DNA of 34,867 nucleotides from Batkoa obscura (Eukaryota): NCBI GenBank assembly GCA_030770535.1, contig JASVEC010000184.1, positions 1 to 34,867 of the forward strand, read 5' to 3'. Shown piece by piece: positions 22,839 to 33,887 of this stretch (position 1 is its first letter; each line of letters starts with the position of its first letter). The notes under the pieces were generated by a model. It saw only the letters and a program-made list of their open reading frames with translations, ran no database searches and was not told where the DNA came from. The position numbers and the translations under genes were made by a program.

Positions 22839-23451
22839 ATGGTAGAATCCCATAATTTTTATAGTTCAAAAGGACTGTGAATGTCTTACCCCATTCAACT
22901 TTTTTAGAATAAATTAGAATCGGATCCCACCCAGGTTATAAATTTCAGTAAAAAATCCATAGCTTTAAAGTCTTCGGAGATCGCCGCGATCTTCTTGAAG
23001 AAAACTATTCAGAAAACACGTTGTTTCCAAATGGTCACACTCTTGAGGATTCTTTACTTAAAAAAGAAAACTGCTTGGATACCTTAATTTATTTAGTCAT
23101 ACATAAGCGTTATGACCCATTATATCTCAAAGATCAAAATCGTTTCTATGAACAGAAAGAAGTAAACTTCATAAAAGTTTTATAAAAGCCTGGTATTAAA
23201 AAAAATTTCAATGTAAGATTGAAGTGCTCTCCTCAGTGTTTTATAAAATTTTAGCTAGTAATAAGCTTATTGAAGGTGATAAACTAAATTATTTGAATTA
23301 TATTCTTTATGAATATTTGAGATTTGTCCGACTTATTTCGGTTTCTACCTTTAGTGATGTTGTAACCAACCATGGAGATGCTGTTTTGGAAATTTATTTT
23401 TGTTCGACTGATTACCTTTATGACTGCTTTGCCATGCCTTTTCTACTTTAG
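22839..23451 (+). pseudogene. Heavily decayed GST-like pseudogene
   Basis: Fragments SFKVF..LEENYSENTLFPNG and KLIEGDKLNYLNYILYEYLR..TFSDVVTNHGDAVL align to 24781-25560; contains stops, frameshifts and deletions. Confidence 0.7.
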
Positions 23452-23548
23452 CTATACAAAACAGAGTCAATATTTTTATAAGAGATAAAGTTATTGCAAC
23501 ATTTAATAACCAGTAATTGATGTTTGCATTTAAGGTATTTCAAATATA

Positions 23549-23649
23549 GGAGGATATATTTTTTATTTAAGAACTTTACCAACGATCTTTCCGCTTAGAC
23601 ACTCCTTAAAAAAATGGAAAGAATGATGAAATCAAAAAAACATTGCCCC
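23549..23649 (-). mobile_element. Degenerate MITE copy
   Basis: Family core in reverse, ends cccc-atat. Confidence 0.75.
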
Positions 23650-23915
23650 ATATAAAGATCTAAATTTTAAATACTTACTATAATTTTAAAATATTTATTC
23701 AAGCTAATTTAATACAAAAACATTGATCAGATGGTCAAAGATTATAAGTGTGTTCTATTGTTTTGTAGCTATAATTATAAATCGATTCTTTTTAGTTTTG
23801 ATTATAAAAGTGTCGTTGATACTATTACTTCGATTACCCCACTTTATCATATAAGTTCCTTGATAAGTGTTATCAATAGAAGTAAGCTCATGGTTTTTTA
23901 CGGCACTAAATATAT

Positions 23916-24013
23916 GGGGCTGTTTTTTTTGATTTCATTATTTTTCCGTTTTTTAAGCACTATTTGAGTGGAAAATTTGTTAGTAAAATTCTTAAACACA
24001 AAAATACATCCTC
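23916..24013 (+). mobile_element. MITE copy, ATAT TSD
   Basis: ATAT-GGGGCTGT...ACATCCTC-ATAT. Confidence 0.92.
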
Positions 24014-24780
24014 ATATGTTAAACTATTATTTATCTCTTTAATGAAATCATTATAATTGATTATCTTTAATGCCTATAGCTATCATCCTTATGAGTAAAT
24101 TACAGGTTTTAAAAATGATTTCTTTATGAATTTTTATCTACAATTTAGCTCTTCTTACTAGCACTTATAAGTTAAGTTGTTACTTTATAAATTATACTAA
24201 TATTATAGGATAACTTATAAAATTACCAATAATTTATTGAGTTTGGAACCCATATACTGTTATATAAGAGATTAGATTAACAAAGTTTCTACTGTTCCAC
24301 CCAAGAACAGTATGAATCATTATCTTTCCTGCCAATTTTTACAAAATATCTCTTTTATAGTCAAAAGAACCGATCAAAAAAAGCAATCGAGAAGCTTGAA
24401 AAGCTTAAAATAATAGCTTGTATATAATAAAAATTTAGGTTAGAGCTAACATTAGGGAGGTTATTATTAAGGTAGGGTTTTATTTTCAATTATTCAAAAT
24501 AGGTTAATAAGCTTATATTTACCTATTACCCATTTATTACCTATCTATTACCTAAAAACTAATTCTTCACTAAAACAAACAAAATTTTTCAAAATGATCC
24601 CTACTGTTTTCAACTAGTACCTTTTCTAATTGTACGCTTAGCAAAGGGCAAGGTTTATTACCATATACTGAGTAATTTTATTTAGCAAACCATATGTTAA
24701 ACAATAAATTTAGAATTTTATTTAATAGTGTATAAATAATATAACCAAATATTACAACTTTACTTTTTTATTTAATAAAA

Positions 24781-25560
24781 ATGTATAAGTTTGATGACTT
24801 TGTGAAAAAAAGAAGAGGGAGTCTATTCACTGCATTTACATGGAGAACGATATTAGTTATGAAGCATAAAGTAGTTATTTATACCCCGGATGTAGTTTAT
24901 TAATTTACTAATTTATTCTAGGGTATTGACCTTAATTTGGAACAATTTGTTCTTCTTGAAGATGCCAACCATAAGTTAAATCGGGAGTATTTTATTCAAG
25001 TTATATATTTATATATTTAACTGCTAAAAAAGCAATTTAGAGTGGGATACTGTACAGGCAATATATTTTGATAGTAAATCTGTAATTTGCAAGTCTTTTA
25101 AGGTTGCAGAGTACCTTGAAGAAAAATTCCCTCAAAACCCATTATTTCCAAATGGTCGCGAGTATGCTAAAATGTTAGCACAAGACCATTTCTATTTCCA
25201 TTTGGTTAATTTAGTCACAATAGACCTTTATAATTCATTGGACGTTAAATTTAAAGGCTATGATAGTACAAATACTAAAGAAAACACTCAAAATGAGATT
25301 GATAATAGAAAAGATCTTCTCACCAAGACAGAAGAATCCTTCTCAAAGTTCCGTATGACATTGTCTAAAACGAGATTTTTAGAGGGTGATAGGCTAAGTT
25401 ACTCAGACTACATCGTCTTTAGTTACCTTAAATATGCCCAAATGGGCTCACTTTCTACCTTTAGCTACATAGTAACTGACCATCGGATCCTATTTTAAAG
25501 AGCTGGTTTAACTATATTGACAATCTTAATGATGGATTTTCTGCCTCTTTTAAACCTTAG
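24781..25560 (+). pseudogene. Glutathione S-transferase-like gene (LigE/etherase-like N-domain), probably pseudogenised
   Basis: MYKFDDF..FTAFTWRTILVMKHK|intron|GID..WDTVQAI..KSFKVAEYLEEKFPQNPLFP..FLEGDRLSYSDYIVFSYLK. A frameshift near 25484 cuts off the homologous tail DPILKSWFNYIDNLNDGF. Usual TVP and DS motifs read TVQ and KS. Confidence 0.75.
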
Positions 25561-26242
25561 TCTCATGAAATAAAGTTGGTATAGTGGCAAGAATTAGAGG
25601 CACTATTAAGTTCAATATTTGACAGCGATAAGTTTTAATTTAGTAAATTGTTACTTTATTTTTGTAATTGTAATTATTGAATTTTTTTAGTTTTGATTAT
25701 AAAACCATCACCAATATTGCTATTTAGCTTTAAGCACCATTGTTATCTAAGTTGTTTAAGTAGTTTTATTCAAAAAAAGAAATATTATAGCCTTTTCCTA
25801 TGTTAATTATCGGCTATGCTTAGCTCTTTAATTAAAGTCCCTTCGTTCAACTATCTTTAAATTATATAGAGATCAAATGTATTGTACAAACCGTACTTTC
25901 ACATATTGTCTTTTAATTGTTGAGCTTTGGTCTATAGCTAAAGTTCTACTTAAATTTTGATTATTTATTGATTAGTTTAATCATCTCTATCAGTGTTTAT
26001 ATTGTGATTTATATACTTCACTAGTATATTAAGTAAAGAAATCTACATATCCTTAGATGGGAGTTAAAAAAAAACAATTTTCGCCGTGTATACTTGTGTC
26101 TCTTAGCAAAGCGTGAAAGTCGTTTTTATGTAGTTAGCAATTTCATTTGACAAATTATATACACAATAGTTGGATTGGTGAGCTTGCTTGGTATCATGTG
26201 AATAGCAGACATCAGTTGTAGTATTTTTTTTCTAACTTGATT

Positions 26243-27018
26243 ATGATCGAAATTCGTGAATTTATAACTCAAAAAGACTGTACTTTATTCCATTTACTTA
26301 GAGGATTTTATTAGCTATAAAGTATAAGGTAAGTCGCCAATTATATTCTAACTACTGGTTAGTTATTTTTGGGGGGCATAAATTGATCAGAATTTTGTAT
26401 TTATTGAGGATCATAAAAATCCCTAAAGCATAAAGTAACTTTAGTTAACTTTTATTAATTTGTCTTTAACTATTATTAACTCTCTTTTTTAAGGATAACA
26501 TGTAAATTATTAAATTTAATGGAGGGGCTATAGTTAAAGAATCTATAGAGTTTCATGACTATCTTGGCGGGAGATATCCTCGGAACTCATTATTTCTAAA
26601 TGGTTAAAGTTTAATAAATTATTTATTGGAAAATGCTCCCACCTTTTCTCGATCAACTAGTTTAGGAGCTAATGAGCTTATAAACAATCACGATAAGGAT
26701 TGAGTTAGAGATCAATGAACCAGTATCAGATCAAATTTTTTTAGACGTTTAGAACAGTTGGTCCTTCTTAGCCATATTTTAAGCAATATTGAAACATTTT
26801 TCCTATCATTTCGTGAAACATTAGTTCAAATTAAGTTTTTGGGGAGCGACAATGTAACGTATGTGGATCACGTACTTTTAGACACCTTAAAGCTTTTCAA
26901 GAATTTTCAGTTACTACTTTTGATACTATCGTTATAAACTATCAAAATCCTTTTTTTAAAACCAGTTTAATACAATTGATAATCTCTATGATCAGTTTGC
27001 TACTTCTTTAGACCTTAG
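26243..27018 (+). pseudogene. Decayed GST-like pseudogene
   Basis: PFT*RILLAIKYK|gtaagt (same intron position, TGG>TAG); ESIEFHDYLGGRYPRNSLFLNG*; FLGSDNVTYVDHVLL; ends gaccttag like its paralogue. Confidence 0.72.
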
Positions 27019-27066
27019 CTTTATAAATTGAAATTAGAATTGTTATAATAGCTAGATTTAGTATTA

Positions 27067-27164
27067 GAGGTTGTATTTTCGTGTTTATGAATTTTACCAA
27101 CAAATTTTCCACTCAAATAGTGCTTAAAAAATAGAAAAAGTAATGAAGCCAAAAAAACATCCCC
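27067..27164 (-). mobile_element. MITE copy, ATTA TSD
   Basis: ATTA-GAGGTTGT...ACATCCCC-ATTA. Confidence 0.9.
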
Positions 27165-27594
27165 ATTAATTAACTTTTAAGTTTAATACTGTATGCACAC
27201 TAAAACTAAAAACTTTAAAATTTTAAGATCACTGATCAAAATAAAAAGTAAATAAAGAAATAACTGAATACAAAATATTAACAGTTTTCAATTTTTGAAT
27301 AGTGAATTACTTAGTTTATAAAAAACCGTACTGATTGTTTCAACTACATCTATACTTATCGAAATATTGAGACAAGTGGGTTATTTAAATTGAATGAGTC
27401 ATTAGATAAAATAAATAACATTAGACAAACCTTTGACCCCAGTTAAGTAAACGTTAGAAAGTATAATAAGATAGTATAACCTTTTAAGTAGATCTAGATC
27501 AAACATTGTATTTATCAACTTGTAAAATACTGCCATTGAATTAACCATATACATAAGTTAACAAGTTTGAAGAATAAACTATTGATTAGCATAT

Positions 27595-27693
27595 GGGGAT
27601 GTTTTTTTCGGTTTCATTACTTTTTCCATTTTTTAAGCGCTATTTGAGCAGAAAGATTGTTAGTAAAGTTCTTAGACAAAAAAATACATCCCC
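27595..27693 (+). mobile_element. Intact MITE copy, ATAT TSD
   Basis: ATAT-GGGGATGT...ACATCCCC-ATAT. Confidence 0.93.
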
Positions 27694-28257
27694 ATATACT
27701 GATGATGATACTAGTTATACTCCAACCCAACAAAGTTAACTTTATGAACAAAGCATTTATCGAACTTAAAGTAATTTAAGAGAATTTTGATATTGAACTC
27801 AAGGTTGCTTTGACAAGCCACTTTAGTTCAACAGCATGATGTTCAAGATTAGTTTCCAACTCATAGTTAACAATAAAATTTATTTAAACATGACTAAATG
27901 TTTGATCGTAACATTAAGTTTGTAATTAAAGTATTAGATGATAGATATTATAAACTATTCGAAATACAAATTAAAAGATAATTGAATAAAAAAGAGTTTG
28001 TTTAAAAAGAGTTTATTTAAAAAGGAGATAGAAGAAGAAGAAAACCTCCTAAATATACTTAATCAGTTAAGTATGTTTAAATAGAGGAGTATGACTTAAC
28101 TTAGCAATTAAACACATTAGCCAAAGTATAATAGGTAAATGAGATTACTGGAGAGACGTTCCCTGAAGCTTAATACCATCACAAATAGATATCAAATTAG
28201 GTTTTATTGTATAGACCATACCTAAAAATTTGTGAGCCTAAATAGGAATCAACGTAT

Positions 28258-28355
28258 GGTGATGTTTTTTTAGTTTAACTACTTTTTCCACTTTTTAAGC
28301 ACTAATTAAGTGGAAAGGCTATTGATAAAATTATTAAACACAAAAACTCATCTCC
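28258..28355 (+). mobile_element. Degenerate MITE copy
   Basis: GGTGATGT...TCATCTCC-atat with family core. Confidence 0.8.
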
Positions 28356-28397
28356 ATATTTATTCTGAAAGATTGAGAAGCTACTAGATGATTTAGT

Positions 28398-28859
28398 TGT
28401 GAAATCTGGTACTCAGGGTTTGGAGTCAAGAACAGCTATTGCTGGGTTGACTACACTATAAGTCGAAAGGTCTTAGTTTATGTGACTAAGATAGACTTGG
28501 GCTATGAGGAATAGCACATAATAGGTTACAAGCTATATAAGACAAATAGAATAGACAATATTAATGTAAAACCCATGTAAAATACTATTAAGAAAACTTA
28601 GTGGTTTATTAAATGTTCGAGATATCAGGGAATAATTCAGTTAAAAAGCCTCGAACTACTATACTCTGTAAACTCTTTTATACTCTGAAAAGTATAAATA
28701 TCAAAATGAGAGGATAATATTCTTTTGGATTAGCTAGAAATTCTCATAACAAATTAAAATAAGAACGTGGGATTGATTTCCTCTGAACTCGAGAACACAA
28801 CAGCTTAGGCGATTTTTATGTTATAATTAACCATGGGACTGACAAAGCGATATTTCACA
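28398..28859. mobile_element. Solo-LTR-like (TG...CA) element, copy 1
   Basis: 462 bp; 8-bp terminal inverted repeat TGTGAAAT...ATTTCACA; flanked by TAGT on both sides; diverged direct copy at 30128-30591. Confidence 0.7.
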
Positions 28860-28902
28860 TAGTCAAATTTTACAACCAACCTTATCAATTAAAGAAACAT
28901 AT

Positions 28903-28997
28903 GGGGATGTATTTATTTAAGAATTTTACTGACAATTTTTCCACATAAATAGCGCTTAAAAAATGGAAAAATAATGAAACTAAAAAAAGATATTCTT
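28903..28997 (-). mobile_element. MITE copy with one eroded terminus
   Basis: ATAT-GGGGATGT start; core shares diagnostic variants with the 21873 and 31110 copies. Confidence 0.85.
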
Positions 28998-30127
28998 ATA
29001 CACAAAAATAATGAAAGAGGTTTTAAGAAAAATTATTGTTTATATACTTTTCCTCCTAAAGTTTATTTTTTGATAATGATGAAAACGCTTCCTATATGAT
29101 TTAATTGCTTCTCCCTACCTCAAGTTTTATCTCAATAGAATGAAATATGAAATAGAAATCGAAAAATGGCCAATGTTATATTATTTTATTTTTATTGCAG
29201 TCTAATCCTGAACTGATTTAAGCATACTGTTTTATTTTGGTTTCAAATCAATTCAAATTTAGAAAATCTATTTGTTGGACTACCTAATAAAAAATAGGAA
29301 ACTTTTAAAAAGCAAAGGGTTACTTATTTTAAAATTAATGTATTTTTGAACTTTAATCAATAAAGAGTTAAACTATAAAAAACAAAAACTATATTTTAAA
29401 TATCTTAAATAGAATAATGCTATTTGTGTAAATTAGCTTAAATAAAAAAGTCTTGAAGCTAATTTAAAATTTTAATAATTTTTTTACAAATTTTATAATA
29501 ATTACATATTATTTTTATGAATTAAAGTTTACTTTAGCTATATAGCTTAAAATATGTATCTGTCAGCTTTATTTAAGATTGTAATACTATATAAACAGTT
29601 GCTTTTACTTAAAGTATAATGTTTTGCTATACAATTTGAAGTTAAACTTTTTTTATATCCTTAAATTTTTTATTTTTTTAACTGTACCAAATAATACTTT
29701 AGCATAAATATTTACTTTTCTTATTTTGATACTATTATTAATGTAATTTTATACTTTATTAAATAGCTTTTTTTATATTTTGCATATTTTAATAAGTTAT
29801 CATAAATTTTTTTAATTTCCAACTTGCTAGAACTAATATAGATAACCAAAACCCAAGGACTAAATTTTGTAGCTGTTGTATATATAAACTAATTTTGTTT
29901 TTTGGCTTTACTTTTATTATTAAGTATTTCTTTTACTAATTATTTAATTTTTGTTTAATTTAGTTTAAAATGTTTAAAATATAGTTTTTATTTTTTATAA
30001 TTAATTAGAAGCCCAAGAAAATACTAGCTATCAAAAATAAATTTAAAGATAAACAGTATTTAAATTTGTATAAAAAATCAAAAAGTTTGAAACAATTAGT
30101 AAAAAAACTACATATTTTAACTATAGC

Positions 30128-30591
30128 TGTGAGAACTGGTACTCACTGATTGGAGTCAAAAACAGCTATTGTCTGATTGACTACACTGTAAGTTGAAAAG
30201 TCTTAGTTTGTGTGACTAAGATAGACTTGAATTATGAAGAATATTACGTAATAGGCTATATACTATGTAAGACAAATATAATAGACAATGCTACTGTAAA
30301 ATATACGTAAAGTACTATTAAGAAAATTTAGTGGCTTTATTAAACGTATAAGATATCATGGAACAATTCAGTTAAAAAGCCTCGAGTTACTATATTCTAA
30401 AATCTCTTTCATACTCTAAGAAGTACGGATAACAAAACAAGAGGATAACATTATTTGGGATGAAGCTAGAAATTCCCATAGCAAATTAAACTAAGAGCAT
30501 GGGATCAATTGTCTCTGAACTTAGGAACACAACAACTTAAGTGGTTATTATGCTATAAGCAATCATGGAGCTGATAAAGCGATATTTCACA
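30128..30591. mobile_element. Solo-LTR-like (TG...CA) element, copy 2
   Basis: 464 bp, collinear with 28398-28859; TGTGAGAA...ATTTCACA; flanks TAGC/TAGT. Confidence 0.7.
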
Positions 30592-30936
30592 TAGTCAAGT
30601 ATAACCATATTATATGTTTTTTATTTTTTAATTAATTTATATTTCAAAGTTTGGTTTTAAAATATATTTAGAATACCTAAAGCCTAATTTTTTTTTCGAA
30701 TTTTTATTTAATATAACCTAACTCTTTTTATAAATATCTTTATCTATTATAAAAAAACCTAATAAGTTATTTAAGAAGTCAGGCTTTTAATTAAAAACTT
30801 TTCATTTTGATTAAAAGTATTATTTTTTGAAGGAAATTTGGCAAAATATTCAACTTTTAAAAATTTGTTAACTCTTCTTACCTTTATAATAATATCTCAA
30901 AAACAACTGGTCCAATCATTTTGAAACTTTGTAAAT

Positions 30937-31034
30937 GGAGATGTATTTTTGCGTTCAAGAATTTTACTGATAATTTTTCCACTCAAATAGCGCTTAAAAA
31001 GTGGAAAAAGTAATGAAGCCAAAAAAACATCCCC
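30937..31034 (-). mobile_element. MITE copy, AAAT TSD
   Basis: AAAT-GGAGATGT...ACATCCCC-AAAT. Confidence 0.92.
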
Positions 31035-31109
31035 AAATAATCTTTTTTATATCAATATATCAAATTTGTGCAAATTAAATCTTTTAATAATTAAAACTAC
31101 TTATTATAT

Positions 31110-31207
31110 GGGGCTGTTTTTTTTAGTTTCATTATTTTTCCATTTTTTAAGCGCTATTTATGTGGAAAAATTGTCAGTAAAATTCTTAAATACAAAAGTA
31201 CATCCCC
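31110..31207 (+). mobile_element. MITE copy, ATAT TSD
   Basis: ATAT-GGGGCTGT...ACATCCCC-ATAT. Confidence 0.92.
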
Positions 31208-32829
31208 ATATAAACTTTTGATTTCCTTTGTAATAAGAATTGTAGAAAGTTCTCTAGAAATTCAAAATGTTAAAAATCAAATAAAATTAGAAAAAATATA
31301 GGTATATCGTTATTTTATTTTTCTGTTCATATAAAATTTGTTTTTAGAAAACTAATGCTGTTTCTTTCTATATTATTATACAATATATACAATACAATAA
31401 TAAAATTAAACCAACTTTTCACTAAATGAACAATTTTACATATTATCAATCTATTTTGAAGATCATGAAACTTATGATCATGTACTGGAGAGTTGACAAC
31501 TAGAAGAGAAGTATAGCTAATGATATTGTAAGATTTACCTATTGATCGTTTATAATACATTTTATTTTCCTTTTCTGTTTATAACAAACAATTTTCTGAT
31601 AAATTTTTATATCAACATAGTTCAAATTAGTAGATTTTACAATCGAACAGTTTATTTGGCATGTATTGTAAATAAACTAAGGTTATAATAATAGTTTGTA
31701 TTTTATTTTAAAATAAATTAAATTGGAACACTATTAGGGACTGTATTTTTATAAAAGAGCCCTTCATACTTTCATAACCAGAATAGCAGCATTAAATTTA
31801 CGGCCAAAGGAATTTAATACATAGCTCAAATCAAATAATAAAAAGCAAGAGTATCATACAATTACTTTTATTATCCCAAAAAGAGGTGATAGTGAGACAA
31901 ATAAGTTTCCCATTTTTCGACCCAAAGGAATATATATAGTACCAATAAATCTATAAGCGGCCTCCTTGTTGTTAATTTCATTAATTTCACATGTTACGAG
32001 TTTGTTTCTAGAGATACAAAAGCACAGGTATATTGCCTTGAAGTTACAATAATATAATAACCAGATAATGAATATTATCTAAATCTTTTAAAAATAGTTT
32101 AAACTAATACGCTATCATCTTCTTATCTAATACCGTAAACTTGAAACAAATATTCTTTTGGATCAAAGTAACGTATTGGATTTTACTTGCTTTTAAAAGA
32201 AAATTGTTAAAATTCAATCATAGTTAATGAGATGATTAATAAGTAAATTACTCTGTATACAAAGTAATAGAAAATAAGGCTAGATCAATCAGGTTAAACT
32301 TAATGTTGGGATGCTCTATGTGGATAAGTATAAAGTTACTTTTAAATAGATATCCAGGATTTATATGCTCGCTGTTTGTGCCTTTTATTATATACTTAAT
32401 CTTAAGTATTTTTAGCTCTTGTGAACCATTTAGTAATATTGCATTTTATAATGGATTTTAATATTTGAAGTGAAGTTTTATTTATATATCTGTTTTACAT
32501 CAGCTTTAGAGTTTTATTTAGCAATTAATATTTTATCAAACAAAAAAAAAACTACTGGTGTAATAAAGCTTCCATGCTATTTTAATTAATGAAAAATATA
32601 AGGCGATATACCACTAGACCACAGTATTAGTAACATCTTGATTATTGAGCTATTTCAGTATTTTGAAAAGCACTTATAAATTAATGGTAAATAAATTATA
32701 AGCTAGCCTTATGAAATAATTTGATAAATAAAAAAGCTGTAAATAACAATGAACAATAATATAGCCTTTATTTTTTAGATAAATAATAAATTGTTTTTAA
32801 CATGATGCTTTATTTTCTAACTTCTTATG

Positions 32830-33270
32830 AAAGAGGAATATCGTTCAATAATTAGCTTGATACTCTCTATATCATTTTACTTCATATACTCCAGTACTTT
32901 GTTTATAGACCTGGATATCTAAAAGTCTCCTAATTTTCTAGTTTTTCACATCACCGACAACTTTCTTAAAATACGCAATTTCTTTTATATTAGATCTCTC
33001 TTTAACCTAATGTGTTAATCTTAGGAAAGGTCTTTAGATAATCCAACAAAATTTCACAATTCTAAAAATGACTGTACTTCCGGCCCTTTCTTTATTGATC
33101 TTCTTTGTCTTCAAAATCTGTATAGATTACTGTGGGCTTTAGAAACTGAATTCATAAGGTTTTGCCAACCTATACCTCCTAAAGAAAGAGATTTCTTAGG
33201 TATTATTCCTATCTTATTGGATATGCCTTATTGAAGCATTAGTTCCTTTAAGCTGAGTGACTTAACTCTT
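32830..33270 (-). mobile_element. Possible decayed non-LTR retrotransposon (LINE) fragment
   Basis: The minus strand near 33110-33215 reads IGIIPKKSLSLGGIGWQNL, like the GGLG motif that follows the RT domain in L1/Tx1-type elements. Stops are present and the boundaries are uncertain. Confidence 0.3.
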
Positions 33271-33527
33271 GATTCTTTCTTAGCTAATCAAACACTCGAG
33301 TTTATCTCTATGGAAAGTAGAAAAACCTTCATTTATTGTAATTTTTTAATTTGTCTATACCATTGTATAGATCAATACAATTTATAAAGTCAATTAATCC
33401 ACTATCAATAAATTTGAAAAATTTAGAAAAGGCCTAATTGTATTATAAATTAAGGATTATTCTTCAATTTAGATATAAAACAAATTAAAAGACAAAAACA
33501 ATTCTACTAAATAAACCTTTATTAGCT

Positions 33528-33887
33528 CTAAACCATTTTCTGTAAATCAGGGCATTCCCCTTTACAATAATTAGCACCTTTTGAAGCACAGCATTTTTGC
33601 ATATTGCTATTACCCCAAGAGCAGTTATGCATAAGCTCATTGAAATGAACCATACTAGCACCCTTGAAAGTTTCCCAACAGCAATCCTTAGTTGTTTGAT
33701 ACCAAATCATATTATCGTGTCCATAACAGAAGGTACGATCATTCATAAACTTCCAAAATAAAGCTTCGCCACCGGAATAAATTAAGTTCCCTGCTGCATC
33801 GTAAGCATCTCGTTTCTCTAACTTACTGTCTTGTGGTAATGCTGAGGCTAGGGTAATGATAGAGAGGAATCCCAATGTGAATTTCAT
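33528..33887 (-). CDS. Small secreted cysteine-rich prepro-protein (effector/toxin candidate)
   Basis: Signal peptide MKFTLGFLSIITLASA; LEKR Kex2-type site; 8 Cys in the pattern C-CC-C-CC-C-C; TATAAA on the minus strand near 34008-34013. Confidence 0.85.
   Translation of the reverse strand: MKFTLGFLSIITLASALPQDSKLEKRDAYDAAGNLIYSGGEALFWKFMNDRTFCYGHDNMIWYQTTKDCCWETFKGASMVHFNELMHNCSWGNSNMQKCCASKGANYCKGECPDLQKMV

Noticed and set aside
24434..24556. Telomere-like TTAGG(G) and TATTACC motifs
   Set aside because: Scattered and degenerate, not a tandem array.
906..31207. Recurrent ~98-bp repeat as a CRISPR array or bacterial REP element
   Set aside because: Copies are dispersed, in both orientations, with TIRs and TSDs, in an intron-containing eukaryotic genome; there are no regular spacers or cas genes.
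31327..31560. 77-aa ORF
   Set aside because: No motifs; could be a gene relic with an intron but cannot be supported.
33528..33887. Hydrophobin call
   Set aside because: Cysteine spacing does not match the hydrophobin pattern.
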